A DNA stretch of 64,000 nucleotides from Candidatus Wirthbacteria bacterium (GTDB lineage Bacteria > Patescibacteriota > CG2-30-54-11), in NCBI GenBank assembly GCA_903889905.1, contig CAISZI010000042.1:6000-69999 (forward strand), written 5' to 3'. The translations under genes and the position numbers were made by a program. Positions 39,418-48,907 of this stretch are shown here, one piece after another; positions within the stretch are counted from its first letter, which is position 1, and each line of letters starts with the position of its first letter. The notes beneath the pieces are model-generated. The model ran no database searches. It saw only the letters and a program-made list of their open reading frames with translations, and was not told where the DNA came from.

Positions 39418-40048
39418 GAGAAAACTCCATGAAAACGTTATAACGCTTAATTTCACCCGTGTAACCTGCGGGCACTGGTATCCATTCGACATGGTCGGCA
39501 GAGGGATTGAGGAATAATGGTTCGCGTCTGACTTCAACAAAGTTCAGTTGAGCATAAAGTTTAAGCGCTCTTTCGTTGTCTGATGTCGTTTCCAGCGTAT
39601 AGGTTGAGAGACCCAGAGTTTCCTTGCCCCAGGCCATCATCTGTAAAATTGCGCTCCCCATGATCCCTGGAAAGCCCTTTTCACCACGCACGATATTGTC
39701 AATTTCGCAGCTATTGTTGGCAAAATTAAAACGAAACAAGCCTACGTGGCCAATGAAATTATCTCCAACTTTGATCATAAACAAGAGGCGATCTGGGGCA
39801 CCAATCACGCCACTTTGAAACCAGCGTGTCGTTCGTTCCAGAGAAACCGGGAAGATGGCCTGAAACCAGGACTCATTATCCTTGCGCCATTTACCCAGCA
39901 ATGTCATCATCCCCACATCCATCTCGCAATCCCGCGTCAACAAGACCAACTGGTAGGCGGTTGCATTCAGAGAACAAGGAATGACAACCTCACCAAACCG
40001 GGTGTCCTTGAGTTGCTTGATTTGGGCGAGAATTTGGTCTTGGTTCAT
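39410..40048 (-). CDS. GNAT N-acyltransferase (PseH/RimJ-like)
   Basis: FIGHVGL, EIDNIVRG, SDNERALKLY motifs. Confidence 0.85.
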   Translation of the reverse strand: MNQDQILAQIKQLKDTRFGEVVIPCSLNATAYQLVLLTRDCEMDVGMMTLLGKWRKDNESWFQAIFPVSLERTTRWFQSGVIGAPDRLLFMIKVGDNFIGHVGLFRFNFANNSCEIDNIVRGEKGFPGIMGSAILQMMAWGKETLGLSTYTLETTSDNERALKLYAQLNFVEVRREPLFLNPSADHVEWIPVPAGYTGEIKRYNVFMEFSHD

Positions 40049-40049
40049 T

Positions 40050-41858
40050 TTAGCCTTTCTGGCTGTTTAAATCTTTTTGGTTAACCATTTCCCTGGCAAT
40101 CTCATCACGGTCGAGAAAAGGAAACATGTCTTCGTATGGCCGCGAGACCAACGTTCCATCCGCTAACTTTTCGGACGACACGCGAGGAATCAGCAGTTGC
40201 CACTCGGGCGTCATGACATCGCAGATCACTGGCCCGTCATCGTCCATCACCTCTTTGAGTTTGGCATCAACCTCAGCTACCGACTCAATCCGGACAGCTT
40301 TGATGCCATACGCTGCGGCAATTTTCATTGAATCCGGGCACCAGACGCCTGAGGTCGGCCCTTCTCCAAACAATCGCCCTTCCATGAAATTTTTCTGGGT
40401 GTGGCGGATAAGCAAGTACCCGTTGTTATTAAAAATGATTACCTTGATGGGCAAATTGTTGTGCTTGATCGTTGCCAGTTCCTGCAAATTCATCTGCAGA
40501 CTCCCATCCCCGGTAATGACAATGGTGCGCCGGCGATCATTGGCCAGGCAGGCACCAATTGCGGCAACCCAATACCCCATGGAAGACAATCCTCCCGTGG
40601 TCAAAAACCGTTGATTCTGCTTTATTTTCCAGGTCTGACAAGCAACGTGGAAGCAAGAGCCCGTGTCGACCAGGATCATGTCGTCCTGCGTAGCGGCTTG
40701 TGAAAGCTTGTCGGTGAAGTAGTACGAATTGACCGGTTTTTCATCGACGTAAGCAGGCAAAACAACCGGATAGGTCGTTTTCCAGTGATTACATTTATCG
40801 ACCCACGCGTTGAAGTCGGGTTTGGTTGTCAGCTTGGCTGAAGCACGATTGAGATTTTGCAGAAACACCTTGGCGTCGCACTGGATCTTGAGTGCGTCGT
40901 CAAAACCAGGCTTGTATAATTCCTCGGTGTCGATATCAACAATCACCTTGCGTGCTGTTTTGGCAAAGTTCTTCAGATCATGCCCAACCAGCGCTGTGGC
41001 TAGACGACAGCCAACCGTAATCATGGCATCGGCATTCTGAATGGCAAAGTTGGCCGCTCGTTCACCATATGTTCCTGGCCTGCCAACATAAAGCCGGTTG
41101 TCGCTGGCGATAATATCGATCCCCAACCGTGAGGTCAATACCGGAATGTTGAGCTGTTTGAGGGTAACCATCAATTCTTCAATCGCGTTCGCTATGCGCA
41201 CCCCATGTCCGACCAGCAAAATCGGACGTTTGGAGGTGGTGATGATATCCAGAACTTTGACAATTTCTTCCTGCATCAACTCCATATTTGTCGTTTCCGG
41301 TGGCGGGATAAATTCCTCCAGCACTTTGTTAGGAACTTCCATGCGCTGCACATCCAACGGGACATCCACCCAGACTGGCCCGGGACGACCGGTAGTCGCC
41401 AGGTAATAGGCTTTTTGCATGTAATAAAGAATTTTGGCGGGGTCATCAACGGTGACAAAAAACTTGGTCGCGCGTTCGACAAACGGTTTGATTAAAATGC
41501 CCTGGATACCATACTGACGAATTTTGGTTTTTTCCTGGTATTGCACGAATGACAAAGGTGCCTGCCCAGAGACCACCATCATGGGTGATGAATCCGTCCA
41601 GCCACCTGCCAACCCGTTGATCACGTTCATGCTTCCTGGTCCGGCCGTGACCAGAGCCAATCCCAGTTTGCCGGTAAGGCGACCATAAGCATCCGCTGCC
41701 ATTCCGGCAGACTGTTCATGGTGCGTACAAATAGACTGGAAATTCTTGTTCTGGAATAAAGCATCGTTTAAAAACATAGCTTGGCCACCGGTCACCAAAA
41801 AGCAGGTATTTACTCCCTTTTTGGCCAGGAAATCAAAGATAAAATCGGCAACGCGCAT
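40050..41858 (-). CDS. ThDP-dependent enzyme, acetolactate-synthase-like (YerE type)
   Basis: HHEQSAGMAA, TAGPG, GDGSLQMNLQEL...NNNGY ThDP motif; located within a CDP-dideoxyhexose cluster. Confidence 0.9.
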   Translation of the reverse strand: MRVADFIFDFLAKKGVNTCFLVTGGQAMFLNDALFQNKNFQSICTHHEQSAGMAADAYGRLTGKLGLALVTAGPGSMNVINGLAGGWTDSSPMMVVSGQAPLSFVQYQEKTKIRQYGIQGILIKPFVERATKFFVTVDDPAKILYYMQKAYYLATTGRPGPVWVDVPLDVQRMEVPNKVLEEFIPPPETTNMELMQEEIVKVLDIITTSKRPILLVGHGVRIANAIEELMVTLKQLNIPVLTSRLGIDIIASDNRLYVGRPGTYGERAANFAIQNADAMITVGCRLATALVGHDLKNFAKTARKVIVDIDTEELYKPGFDDALKIQCDAKVFLQNLNRASAKLTTKPDFNAWVDKCNHWKTTYPVVLPAYVDEKPVNSYYFTDKLSQAATQDDMILVDTGSCFHVACQTWKIKQNQRFLTTGGLSSMGYWVAAIGACLANDRRRTIVITGDGSLQMNLQELATIKHNNLPIKVIIFNNNGYLLIRHTQKNFMEGRLFGEGPTSGVWCPDSMKIAAAYGIKAVRIESVAEVDAKLKEVMDDDGPVICDVMTPEWQLLIPRVSSEKLADGTLVSRPYEDMFPFLDRDEIAREMVNQKDLNSQKG

Positions 41859-41878
41859 ACCATCCTCACAATTAAAAA

Positions 41879-42934
41879 TTACGACAAGGCTTCTAACTGA
41901 TAGCTGATATTATCGTCTTTTTTGCGTTCCGCCAACTCCATGGCGACTTCCACGATAAAATCTTCCTGCCCGCCAATGATTTTGCGACGTCCAAGTTCGA
42001 CAAAAATATCCCGGGCATCCACACCAAACCGTTCCGCCGCTTTTTTGACATGCGGAGCAAACGCCGAGAAAACGCCTGCCATGCCACTGATCAGGCTGAT
42101 CGTAGTAATTTCCTGCGGCTTCTGCATCAAAGCAGTCACCACTTGCTCACTGACATCCATAAGTTGATACAAATTCAGACCGGTTTCAATCTGTTCCTTG
42201 ACTAGCAGTCCAGCCAGAACCTCAAGCTGACAGTTGCCTGCGCCAGCACCCAGCCCGCGTAATGTACCGTCAATAATTGTCGCCCCAGCCTTAATCGCTG
42301 TATAAGAATTTGCCACGGCCAAACTTAGATTGTTGTGCGCGTGAAAACCAACCGGTATTTGCAGGCCAGCGACGAGCGTCTGCACCGTCGTGGTAACCAT
42401 TTCCGGCAATGATGCTCCAGCCGAATCCATCAAAATCACCCCGAGGGCGCCGTAACTTTGCATTTTGAGCGCTTCTTCCAAAAGCTTGGGTGGGGTTGCC
42501 ATGTGATACATCATCAGCACACCATAAGCCTCCTTACCCTGCTCGCGCACAAATTCAATGTGCTGGCGAGTGACATCGGCTTCGGTACAATGCGTACCGA
42601 TACAAACCAGATCAACGCCAGCAGCAAGCGCTGGAGCCAAATTTTCCTTGATCGTACCAAACCCGGGAATCATAAATGTCCCCAATCTGGTTTGCTGCAG
42701 TTGACGACGAGCGGCCGTAAGCATCTCCAAATCAGTGGTTTTGGACAATCCAACCTGTAGCGACGATGCACCAAGTCCATTGCCGTGGCCGACGATAATT
42801 GTATGCAAACCAGCACCTTCCGCCTGGCTGCAGTAGACCGTGATCTGGTCAGTCGTGAGCTGATGCCCGATCGCATGTGATCCGTCCCGTAACGTAGAAT
42901 CAAAAAAAAGCGTTTTACCCATACTCATTCCCAA
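41879..42934 (-). CDS. dmpG: 4-hydroxy-2-oxovalerate aldolase
   Basis: DSTLRDGSH, HGNGLGASS, HCTEADVT, MDSAG, GFHAHNNL, GAGAGN, GGQED. Confidence 0.93.
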   Translation of the reverse strand: MGMSMGKTLFFDSTLRDGSHAIGHQLTTDQITVYCSQAEGAGLHTIIVGHGNGLGASSLQVGLSKTTDLEMLTAARRQLQQTRLGTFMIPGFGTIKENLAPALAAGVDLVCIGTHCTEADVTRQHIEFVREQGKEAYGVLMMYHMATPPKLLEEALKMQSYGALGVILMDSAGASLPEMVTTTVQTLVAGLQIPVGFHAHNNLSLAVANSYTAIKAGATIIDGTLRGLGAGAGNCQLEVLAGLLVKEQIETGLNLYQLMDVSEQVVTALMQKPQEITTISLISGMAGVFSAFAPHVKKAAERFGVDARDIFVELGRRKIIGGQEDFIVEVAMELAERKKDDNISYQLEALS

Positions 42935-43807
42935 CTAAGCTAAAATTTTGTAACGGGCATATTTTTCGGCAATGCTCACGGCCCCGCAGGTAATAATATC
43001 CAGATTCCCTGAGTATTTGGGCAAAAAATCACCCAAGCCAACGACTTCCACCGTGGTTGTCACGCGACCATTTTCAAAAACAGGTTCTACTGTAACTTTG
43101 TAACCTGGCACGTATTGTTGCACGCTTTTGACAATAGCCGCAATTTCCACCTTCAGTAAATCGATTTTGGGTTGAGGGATCTGTGCGTAAACCGTATTGC
43201 GCATGATCACCGGCGGTTCTGCGGGATTGAGGATGATGATTGCTTTGGCTCTAGGTACGCCAGTAAACGCCACAATTGCGTCCCGGGTTGTCTGGGTGAA
43301 CTCGTCAATGTTGGCACGGGTGCCGGGCCCTGCGGATTTGGAGGCAATACTGGCAACAATTTCAATGTACTCAATTTCGGGGTGAACTTTCATGTAGGCA
43401 TAGGCAATCGGTATAGAACCCTGGCCACCGCAAGTAATCAGATTGATATTTTTTTCGCTCAGGCACTCGTCGCCGTTTAACACTGGTACGCACATTTTAC
43501 CGATCTGGGACGGTGTCAGGTCAATCGCAAATTTGTTCAGTTTGGCCAGGATCGGGGCATTCGTCTGATGGACTTTGGCGGAGGTTGCGTCAAAAACAAT
43601 CTCGCAACAATTGGGGTTGTCTTCAATGGCTTTAATCGACTCACACGAAGTGGGAACGCCCATGCTCTGAGCACGCTTAATTCCTTCGGAATCCGGATTC
43701 CGGCCAGCGAACATCCCACATTCCAGGATTTCCGATCGGAGCACTTTGAATAACAAATCCGTACCGATATTGCCTGTACCAATAATGCCAACCTTTACTT
43801 TGTCCAT
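42935..43807 (-). CDS. dmpF: Acetaldehyde dehydrogenase (acylating)
   Basis: GTGNIGTDL, FDATSA, IDLTP, ITCGGQ, SAGPGTRANIDEF, GNLDI. Confidence 0.94.
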   Translation of the reverse strand: MDKVKVGIIGTGNIGTDLLFKVLRSEILECGMFAGRNPDSEGIKRAQSMGVPTSCESIKAIEDNPNCCEIVFDATSAKVHQTNAPILAKLNKFAIDLTPSQIGKMCVPVLNGDECLSEKNINLITCGGQGSIPIAYAYMKVHPEIEYIEIVASIASKSAGPGTRANIDEFTQTTRDAIVAFTGVPRAKAIIILNPAEPPVIMRNTVYAQIPQPKIDLLKVEIAAIVKSVQQYVPGYKVTVEPVFENGRVTTTVEVVGLGDFLPKYSGNLDIITCGAVSIAEKYARYKILA

Positions 43808-44898
43808 GTCACCAATCTAGCAGTCGCTAATTTAATATAATCTCGCAGCTGTTCAATACTACTTGTTCTTTTGTTCAGATAAAACGCTTTATACCACTCT
43901 GCTGTTTTTAGCATGGATTCATTCAAGGCCAGCACTGGATCCCATGACAGGTAGCGGTGAGCCTTGGAACAATCCAACTGCAGCAAATTTGCCTCATGCA
44001 GGCCCGAATAATTTTGAATATTATATTGAATAGCGTTCCATTCGTGTTGCATCGCTTTGACGATTACTTCCACCGACAGATTGTCACTCGCCTCTGGCCC
44101 AAAATTCCAAGCCTCTGCATATTCTTTCCTGCCCTCTAACAGCTTCTGTCCAAGTAACAAATAACCGGAAAGTGGCTCCAATACATGTTGCCACGGTCGT
44201 GTTGAAGCTGGATTGCGCAATGTCACAGGTTGCCCTTTACTTGCCGCCCTCATAATATCAGGAATTAGGCGGTCCTCAGCCCAATCTCCGCCACCAATCA
44301 CATTCCCAGCCCGTGCGCTGGCAATCAAGACATTGTGTTTGCGACCAAAGTCCTGCAAATTGAAGAAGGAATTTCGATACGCTTGTGTCACCAGTTCCGC
44401 ACAACCTTTGGAGGAACTATAAGGATCAAATCCACCCATGGAATCGGTTTCCCGATAGCCCCAGACCCATTCTTTATTGTCATAGCATTTATCGCTGGTC
44501 ACAATCACAACCGCTTTGACCGAATCAATCCGACGGCATGCTTCGAGGACATTAACGGTACCCATGATGTTGGTCGAATATGTCTCAACCGGCTGCTCGT
44601 AAGACTTTCGCACCAGTGGCTGGGCTGCCAGATGGAAAATTATCTCCGGTTTGAAATCACTCACTGCTGCCGTTAAACGCTCCAAATCCCGGATATCGGC
44701 GATCTCAGACTTCATCTCTAGGTCGAGCAGATTAAAATGATTGGGCTCAAAATTTGGGTCCAGAGCATAGCCCATCACCTCTACGCCCATTTCCCTGAGC
44801 CACAAACAAAGCCACGATCCTTTAAATCCGGTATGCCCGGTGACCAAGACTTTTTTCCCATCATATATTCCACCAAACAGGTCTACCAGTTTTTCCAT
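43795..44898 (-). CDS. rfbG: CDP-glucose 4,6-dehydratase
   Basis: TGHTGFKGSWL, HLAAQPLVR, TSDKCY, YSSSK, RAGNVIGGGDW, RPWQHVLEPL. Start at ATG 44898. Confidence 0.96.
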   Translation of the reverse strand: MEKLVDLFGGIYDGKKVLVTGHTGFKGSWLCLWLREMGVEVMGYALDPNFEPNHFNLLDLEMKSEIADIRDLERLTAAVSDFKPEIIFHLAAQPLVRKSYEQPVETYSTNIMGTVNVLEACRRIDSVKAVVIVTSDKCYDNKEWVWGYRETDSMGGFDPYSSSKGCAELVTQAYRNSFFNLQDFGRKHNVLIASARAGNVIGGGDWAEDRLIPDIMRAASKGQPVTLRNPASTRPWQHVLEPLSGYLLLGQKLLEGRKEYAEAWNFGPEASDNLSVEVIVKAMQHEWNAIQYNIQNYSGLHEANLLQLDCSKAHRYLSWDPVLALNESMLKTAEWYKAFYLNKRTSSIEQLRDYIKLATARLVTWTK

Positions 44899-45653
44899 GG
44901 GGCCTTGCCTTCGTTCCAAATCTGATCCAACTTTTGTTTGTCGCGTAGCGTATCCATACATTGCCAAAAGCCATGATGTTTGAAGGTAAAGAGTTCACCT
45001 TGCGTCGCCATTTGTTCGAGTGGTTGCCGCTCCCAGATCATATCATCCCCAACGATAGAATCCAACGCGTCAGCTTCACAAACAAAAAACCCACCGTTTA
45101 TCCATGATGCATCCCCTTTGGGTTTTTCCAAGAAAGCCGAGACTCGTCCATTGTCCTCAATCTGCAATGATCCAAATCTTCCTTCGGGTTGCACGGCTGT
45201 CAGGGTAACTTTTTTGCCATGAGCACGGTGGAACTTGACCAAGTCAGGTATGTTCACATCAGCAACGCCATCGCCATAGGTGAGCAAAAAGCTTTCGTCA
45301 TTCAGATATTCTTTGGCCCGTTTGAGTCGTCCACCGGTCATCGTATTTAAGCCGGTATCCAACAGCGTTACTTTCCATGATTCGGAAAAGGAATGATGCG
45401 TTGTCATCTGGTCGGTTTTGAGATCAAACGTGACATCACTATTGTGCAAAAAATAATTGGCAAAATACTCCTTGATGACATATCCGCGGTAACCCAGGAG
45501 CACGACAAAATCATTATAACCATAGCTCGCATAATTCTTCATGATATGCCACAGAATCGGCTTTCCACCAATTTCCACCATGGGTTTGGGTTTCAGTTCG
45601 GTTTCTTCACTGATGCGTGTCCCCAGTCCACCTGCCAGGATAACCACTTTCAT
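44883..45653 (-). CDS. rfbF: Glucose-1-phosphate cytidylyltransferase
   Basis: LAGGLGTRISEET, PKPMVEIG, TMTGGRL, TYGDG, FWQCMDTLRD. Start ATG 45653 with GAGGA upstream. Confidence 0.96.
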   Translation of the reverse strand: MKVVILAGGLGTRISEETELKPKPMVEIGGKPILWHIMKNYASYGYNDFVVLLGYRGYVIKEYFANYFLHNSDVTFDLKTDQMTTHHSFSESWKVTLLDTGLNTMTGGRLKRAKEYLNDESFLLTYGDGVADVNIPDLVKFHRAHGKKVTLTAVQPEGRFGSLQIEDNGRVSAFLEKPKGDASWINGGFFVCEADALDSIVGDDMIWERQPLEQMATQGELFTFKHHGFWQCMDTLRDKQKLDQIWNEGKAPWKNW

Positions 45654-45682
45654 CTTGGATTCCTCATGTAAATGGGTTGAAT

Positions 45683-46366
45683 CTATTGCCAATCATCGGT
45701 GATGACATGTTCTCCGCTCACCCCATGCCCTGTCAAAAACTGTTTGAAACTCCGGATCATCAGAGGCGGGCCAGAAACAAAATACGTGGTCCCGCTCCCG
45801 TGCTGCTCGAGGATTTTGGCGATATTAATCACGCCGCTTACGTCCTGTTGCGTCACATCAACGACAAAACCAGGATTAATAACTTTGGCGCGAGCGAAAT
45901 CATCCTGATACAAATGATAGGCAGCTGAGCGTACGCCCAGGTAAAGTTGTGGATTGATGTAGCTCGCAAATTCAGTACTGGTAAACAGTGACAAATAGGG
46001 TGTCACGCCTGTCCCACCTGCAATAAACACACAATTGCCCTGGTCATGCCCATGGTCAAACAACTCCCCAAATGGCAACTTGAGCCAAACCAGCACACCA
46101 GGACGCAGCTCGCTTGCCATCCGTTTTGTGAATTCCCCCTTGGCGGCAAACGTAATACGGATTAGTTCTTCATCAGGGTTAGATTGCATGGAAAAGCAGC
46201 GCGAATCCGGCCATGGCATGGTTGGATCATATTTTTCCAGCGCCAAATGCAGAAACTGGCCCGGCCGGTAGTCAAAGCGTCGCTCCGTGGACCGCAATTT
46301 GACCACATAGATATTGTCGATCACAATGTCGATGGCTTCGACCTGGCTTAAATATTTACGAATCAT
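45683..46366 (-). CDS. FAD/NAD(P)-binding oxidoreductase (FNR-like); probable E3-type partner of RfbH
   Basis: YRPGQFL, RCFS, LPFG, IAGGTGVTP, SGPP.M; 227 aa with no ferredoxin domain. Confidence 0.85.
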   Translation of the reverse strand: MIRKYLSQVEAIDIVIDNIYVVKLRSTERRFDYRPGQFLHLALEKYDPTMPWPDSRCFSMQSNPDEELIRITFAAKGEFTKRMASELRPGVLVWLKLPFGELFDHGHDQGNCVFIAGGTGVTPYLSLFTSTEFASYINPQLYLGVRSAAYHLYQDDFARAKVINPGFVVDVTQQDVSGVINIAKILEQHGSGTTYFVSGPPLMIRSFKQFLTGHGVSGEHVITDDWQ

Positions 46367-47664
46367 GCCCGATCCTTGATGAAATCTGCTACCATTTCCC
46401 CTACATAAGCTATCATCTCCGTCGTCAGACCAGGATAAACACCCAGGAAAAAGGACTGATTCATAACAAAATCGGTTTGTTCGAGGCTACCTGCAACACG
46501 AAAGTTACGGTCAATGAACGCCGGTTGCCGGATGATATTCCCGGCGAAGATATTGCGGGTTTCAATCCGTTTGCTGTTCAGGAATTTGACAAAATCTTCA
46601 CGGCTAAACGGCGCATCCGGGCACACAGACAGGATAAAGCTAAACCAGGCTGGATCACTGTTGGGTGTTGCCTGTGGTAGAACAAAGTACTTGGGATACT
46701 TGGCAAACAGTTCATAATATGCGGCAAAATTTTGTTTGCGTTTTTCACAAAAAGCCGGCAATTTGTCCATCTGGGCAGAACCGATCGCGGCTTGCATCTC
46801 AGTCATTTTGAGGTTATAGCCAATTTCAGAATAAACATACTTGTGGTCATACCCCAGCGGCAATGTGCCAAACTGCTGGCTAAACCGTTTGCCGCAGGTA
46901 TTGTTCTCGCCACCCGCGCAGTAGCAGTCACGGCCCCAGTCTCGGAACGAACGGACAATCCGCGCCAGCTGATCGTCGCTGGTAACAATGGCGCCGCCTT
47001 CACCAGTTGTGATGTGATGCGCAGGATAGAACGAAATCGTCGACAAATGACCAAAAGTCCCGGTCAGCTTACCATGATAACGGCTGCCAAAAGCGTCGCA
47101 ATTGTCTTCCACCAGCCACAGTTTCTTGTCCCGGACAATTTCCAGAATTGGCTCCAGATCATAGGGGTTACCAAGCGTATGCGCCAAAAAGATACATTTT
47201 GTTTTGTCAGTAAGGGCGGCCTTCAAAGCGTTGACATTAACATTGTATGTGGGCAACTCAACGTCGACAAAAACGGGAATCATCTGGTTCTGCAGGATTG
47301 GTGTGACGGTGGCCGGGAACCCTGCCGCGACAGTAATCACCTCATCACCAGGCTGCAAAGCTCTATCCCCAAGTTTCCGCGAAGTGAGAGCAGAAAAGGC
47401 CAACAAATTGGCTGAGGACCCCGAGTTGGTCAGAATAACGTTCGCAACTCCCAGAAAATCACTGATCTTCTGGGCAAATTCCTCGCTGAACCGACCTTCG
47501 GTTAACCAGAAGTCCAAACTGGCGTCAACGGCATTAATAATCTCTTTTTCGTCAAAAACACGACCCGCGTATTTGACACCATTTTTCATTGGATTATTGT
47601 CACCCAACCCAAAATTTTCATCATAATATTGTTTGACAAGCGCTCTAATCTGATCACGCAACAT
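46363..47664 (-). CDS. rfbH: CDP-4-keto-6-deoxyglucose 3-dehydratase (E1)
   Basis: LDFWLT.GRF, NSGSSANL, AHTLGNP, SFYPAHHITTGEGG (His in place of Lys), RDCYC...NTC Fe-S motif, YDHKY. Confidence 0.96.
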   Translation of the reverse strand: MLRDQIRALVKQYYDENFGLGDNNPMKNGVKYAGRVFDEKEIINAVDASLDFWLTEGRFSEEFAQKISDFLGVANVILTNSGSSANLLAFSALTSRKLGDRALQPGDEVITVAAGFPATVTPILQNQMIPVFVDVELPTYNVNVNALKAALTDKTKCIFLAHTLGNPYDLEPILEIVRDKKLWLVEDNCDAFGSRYHGKLTGTFGHLSTISFYPAHHITTGEGGAIVTSDDQLARIVRSFRDWGRDCYCAGGENNTCGKRFSQQFGTLPLGYDHKYVYSEIGYNLKMTEMQAAIGSAQMDKLPAFCEKRKQNFAAYYELFAKYPKYFVLPQATPNSDPAWFSFILSVCPDAPFSREDFVKFLNSKRIETRNIFAGNIIRQPAFIDRNFRVAGSLEQTDFVMNQSFFLGVYPGLTTEMIAYVGEMVADFIKDRA

Positions 47665-47736
47665 AATTTAACCCATTGATGGAAATTAACAAAAGGCAGT
47701 TTATAATATTTCCTCCCATAACGCCACAGTATTTAT

Positions 47737-47910
47737 TCACTCAAGCTGAGTAAACATTGCCAACATTTTGTCTCCCCAATTCGAACAAACAAATGTAGCT
47801 ACCTCAATTTTTAAACCCTAGGATTTCACACTTTTTGCGGCTTCATCCAATGGAATGTATGTTAGAATTGAATGAAATAATAGATTTAAATTAAATTTTG
47901 TATTTGATAC
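47737..47910 (-). pseudogene. Possible decayed methyltransferase fragment
   Basis: One frame reads VSNTKFNLNLLFHSILTYIPLDEAAKSVKS*GLKIEVATFVCSNW..., resembling the FD..F.HS.FTH.P...LK....ATF segment of class I methyltransferases; internal TAG and no start codon. Confidence 0.3.
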
Positions 47911-47934
47911 TTATGAACATTTAATCAATAAAAA

Positions 47935-48876
47935 TCAATTTGACCGAAAATTAAGCAACCTCAGTTCATAGTTAAAATGGTGGATTTTGACACAAGTATC
48001 TAAGATTACACCAATATTAAGAGAAATAAACGATATCAACATAAATCCAGTTGCCAATATTGCCGAAGGAACTTTGTGGATATAATGGGTTTCAATAAAT
48101 TCAAGCATCACTGGGTAGCCAACAATCAAACCAAACAGCATAAAAATAGCTGCCGCAGAACAAAAAAATGAAAGGGGTCGATAATCTTTAAATATTGAAA
48201 AAATCATTTTCAAAACTCTCGCACCATCTTGAAAAGTATTAAGCTTCGAACTGCTCCCCTGCGGACGGTCTTTAAAATCGATTGGTATTTCAATAATCCG
48301 AAAACGTTTATCAAGCGCATGCAATGTCATTTCCGTTTCAAGTTCAAAACCGTTTGAGAGGATTGGATAATTTTTAACAAAACGCTTACTAAATACACGA
48401 TAGCCGCTCATAATGTCTTTGAGATTGGCTTTAAATAAAAAATTGATTAATGAATTTACCAGTTGATTACCAAATTGATGGAATTTACGTTTATTTTCAT
48501 TTTGATATAAACCATTACTTTGACGATCGCCAACCACCATATCACAGTTACCTTCAGTCACTGGCCGAATTAATGCACGCACTGAATGCATCGGATATGT
48601 CGAATCCGCATCGACCATCACATAGATATCCGCATTAATTTGGGTAAAAGCCCGCCTGACGGCAAAGGCCTTGCCCTGTTGCGCCTCAAACAAAACCTCG
48701 CCATTTGTTTCCGGATTTGCCTTAAAAAACTGCTTGGCAATCGCGTTTGTTTGATCGGTTGAGTTATTGTCGATTACATAAATCTCTGCCTCCGGCAAGT
48801 GCGACCTGATATCTTTCAAGGTTGAAAGCAATGTTAATTCTTCATTGTATGCGGGGACGATTATGGCTATTTTCAT
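47935..48876 (-). CDS. GT2 polyprenyl-phosphate glycosyltransferase with two C-terminal TM helices
   Basis: PAYNEE, DNNSTD, QGK, VDADSTY, DIMSGYR, GFELETE, SKLNTFQDG. Start at ATG 48876. Confidence 0.92.
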   Translation of the reverse strand: MKIAIIVPAYNEELTLLSTLKDIRSHLPEAEIYVIDNNSTDQTNAIAKQFFKANPETNGEVLFEAQQGKAFAVRRAFTQINADIYVMVDADSTYPMHSVRALIRPVTEGNCDMVVGDRQSNGLYQNENKRKFHQFGNQLVNSLINFLFKANLKDIMSGYRVFSKRFVKNYPILSNGFELETEMTLHALDKRFRIIEIPIDFKDRPQGSSSKLNTFQDGARVLKMIFSIFKDYRPLSFFCSAAAIFMLFGLIVGYPVMLEFIETHYIHKVPSAILATGFMLISFISLNIGVILDTCVKIHHFNYELRLLNFRSN

Positions 48877-48907
48877 ATAATCTAAGATTAATAATCGAAT
48901 ACAAACT

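Noticed and set aside
40050-41858. ilvB for branched-chain amino acid synthesis
   Set aside because: No ilvN/ilvC/ilvD neighbours; the context indicates a YerE-type enzyme.
41879-43807. dmpFG as evidence for aromatic degradation
   Set aside because: No dioxygenase, hydrolase or hydratase genes nearby; the pair is translationally coupled to rfbG within a sugar operon.
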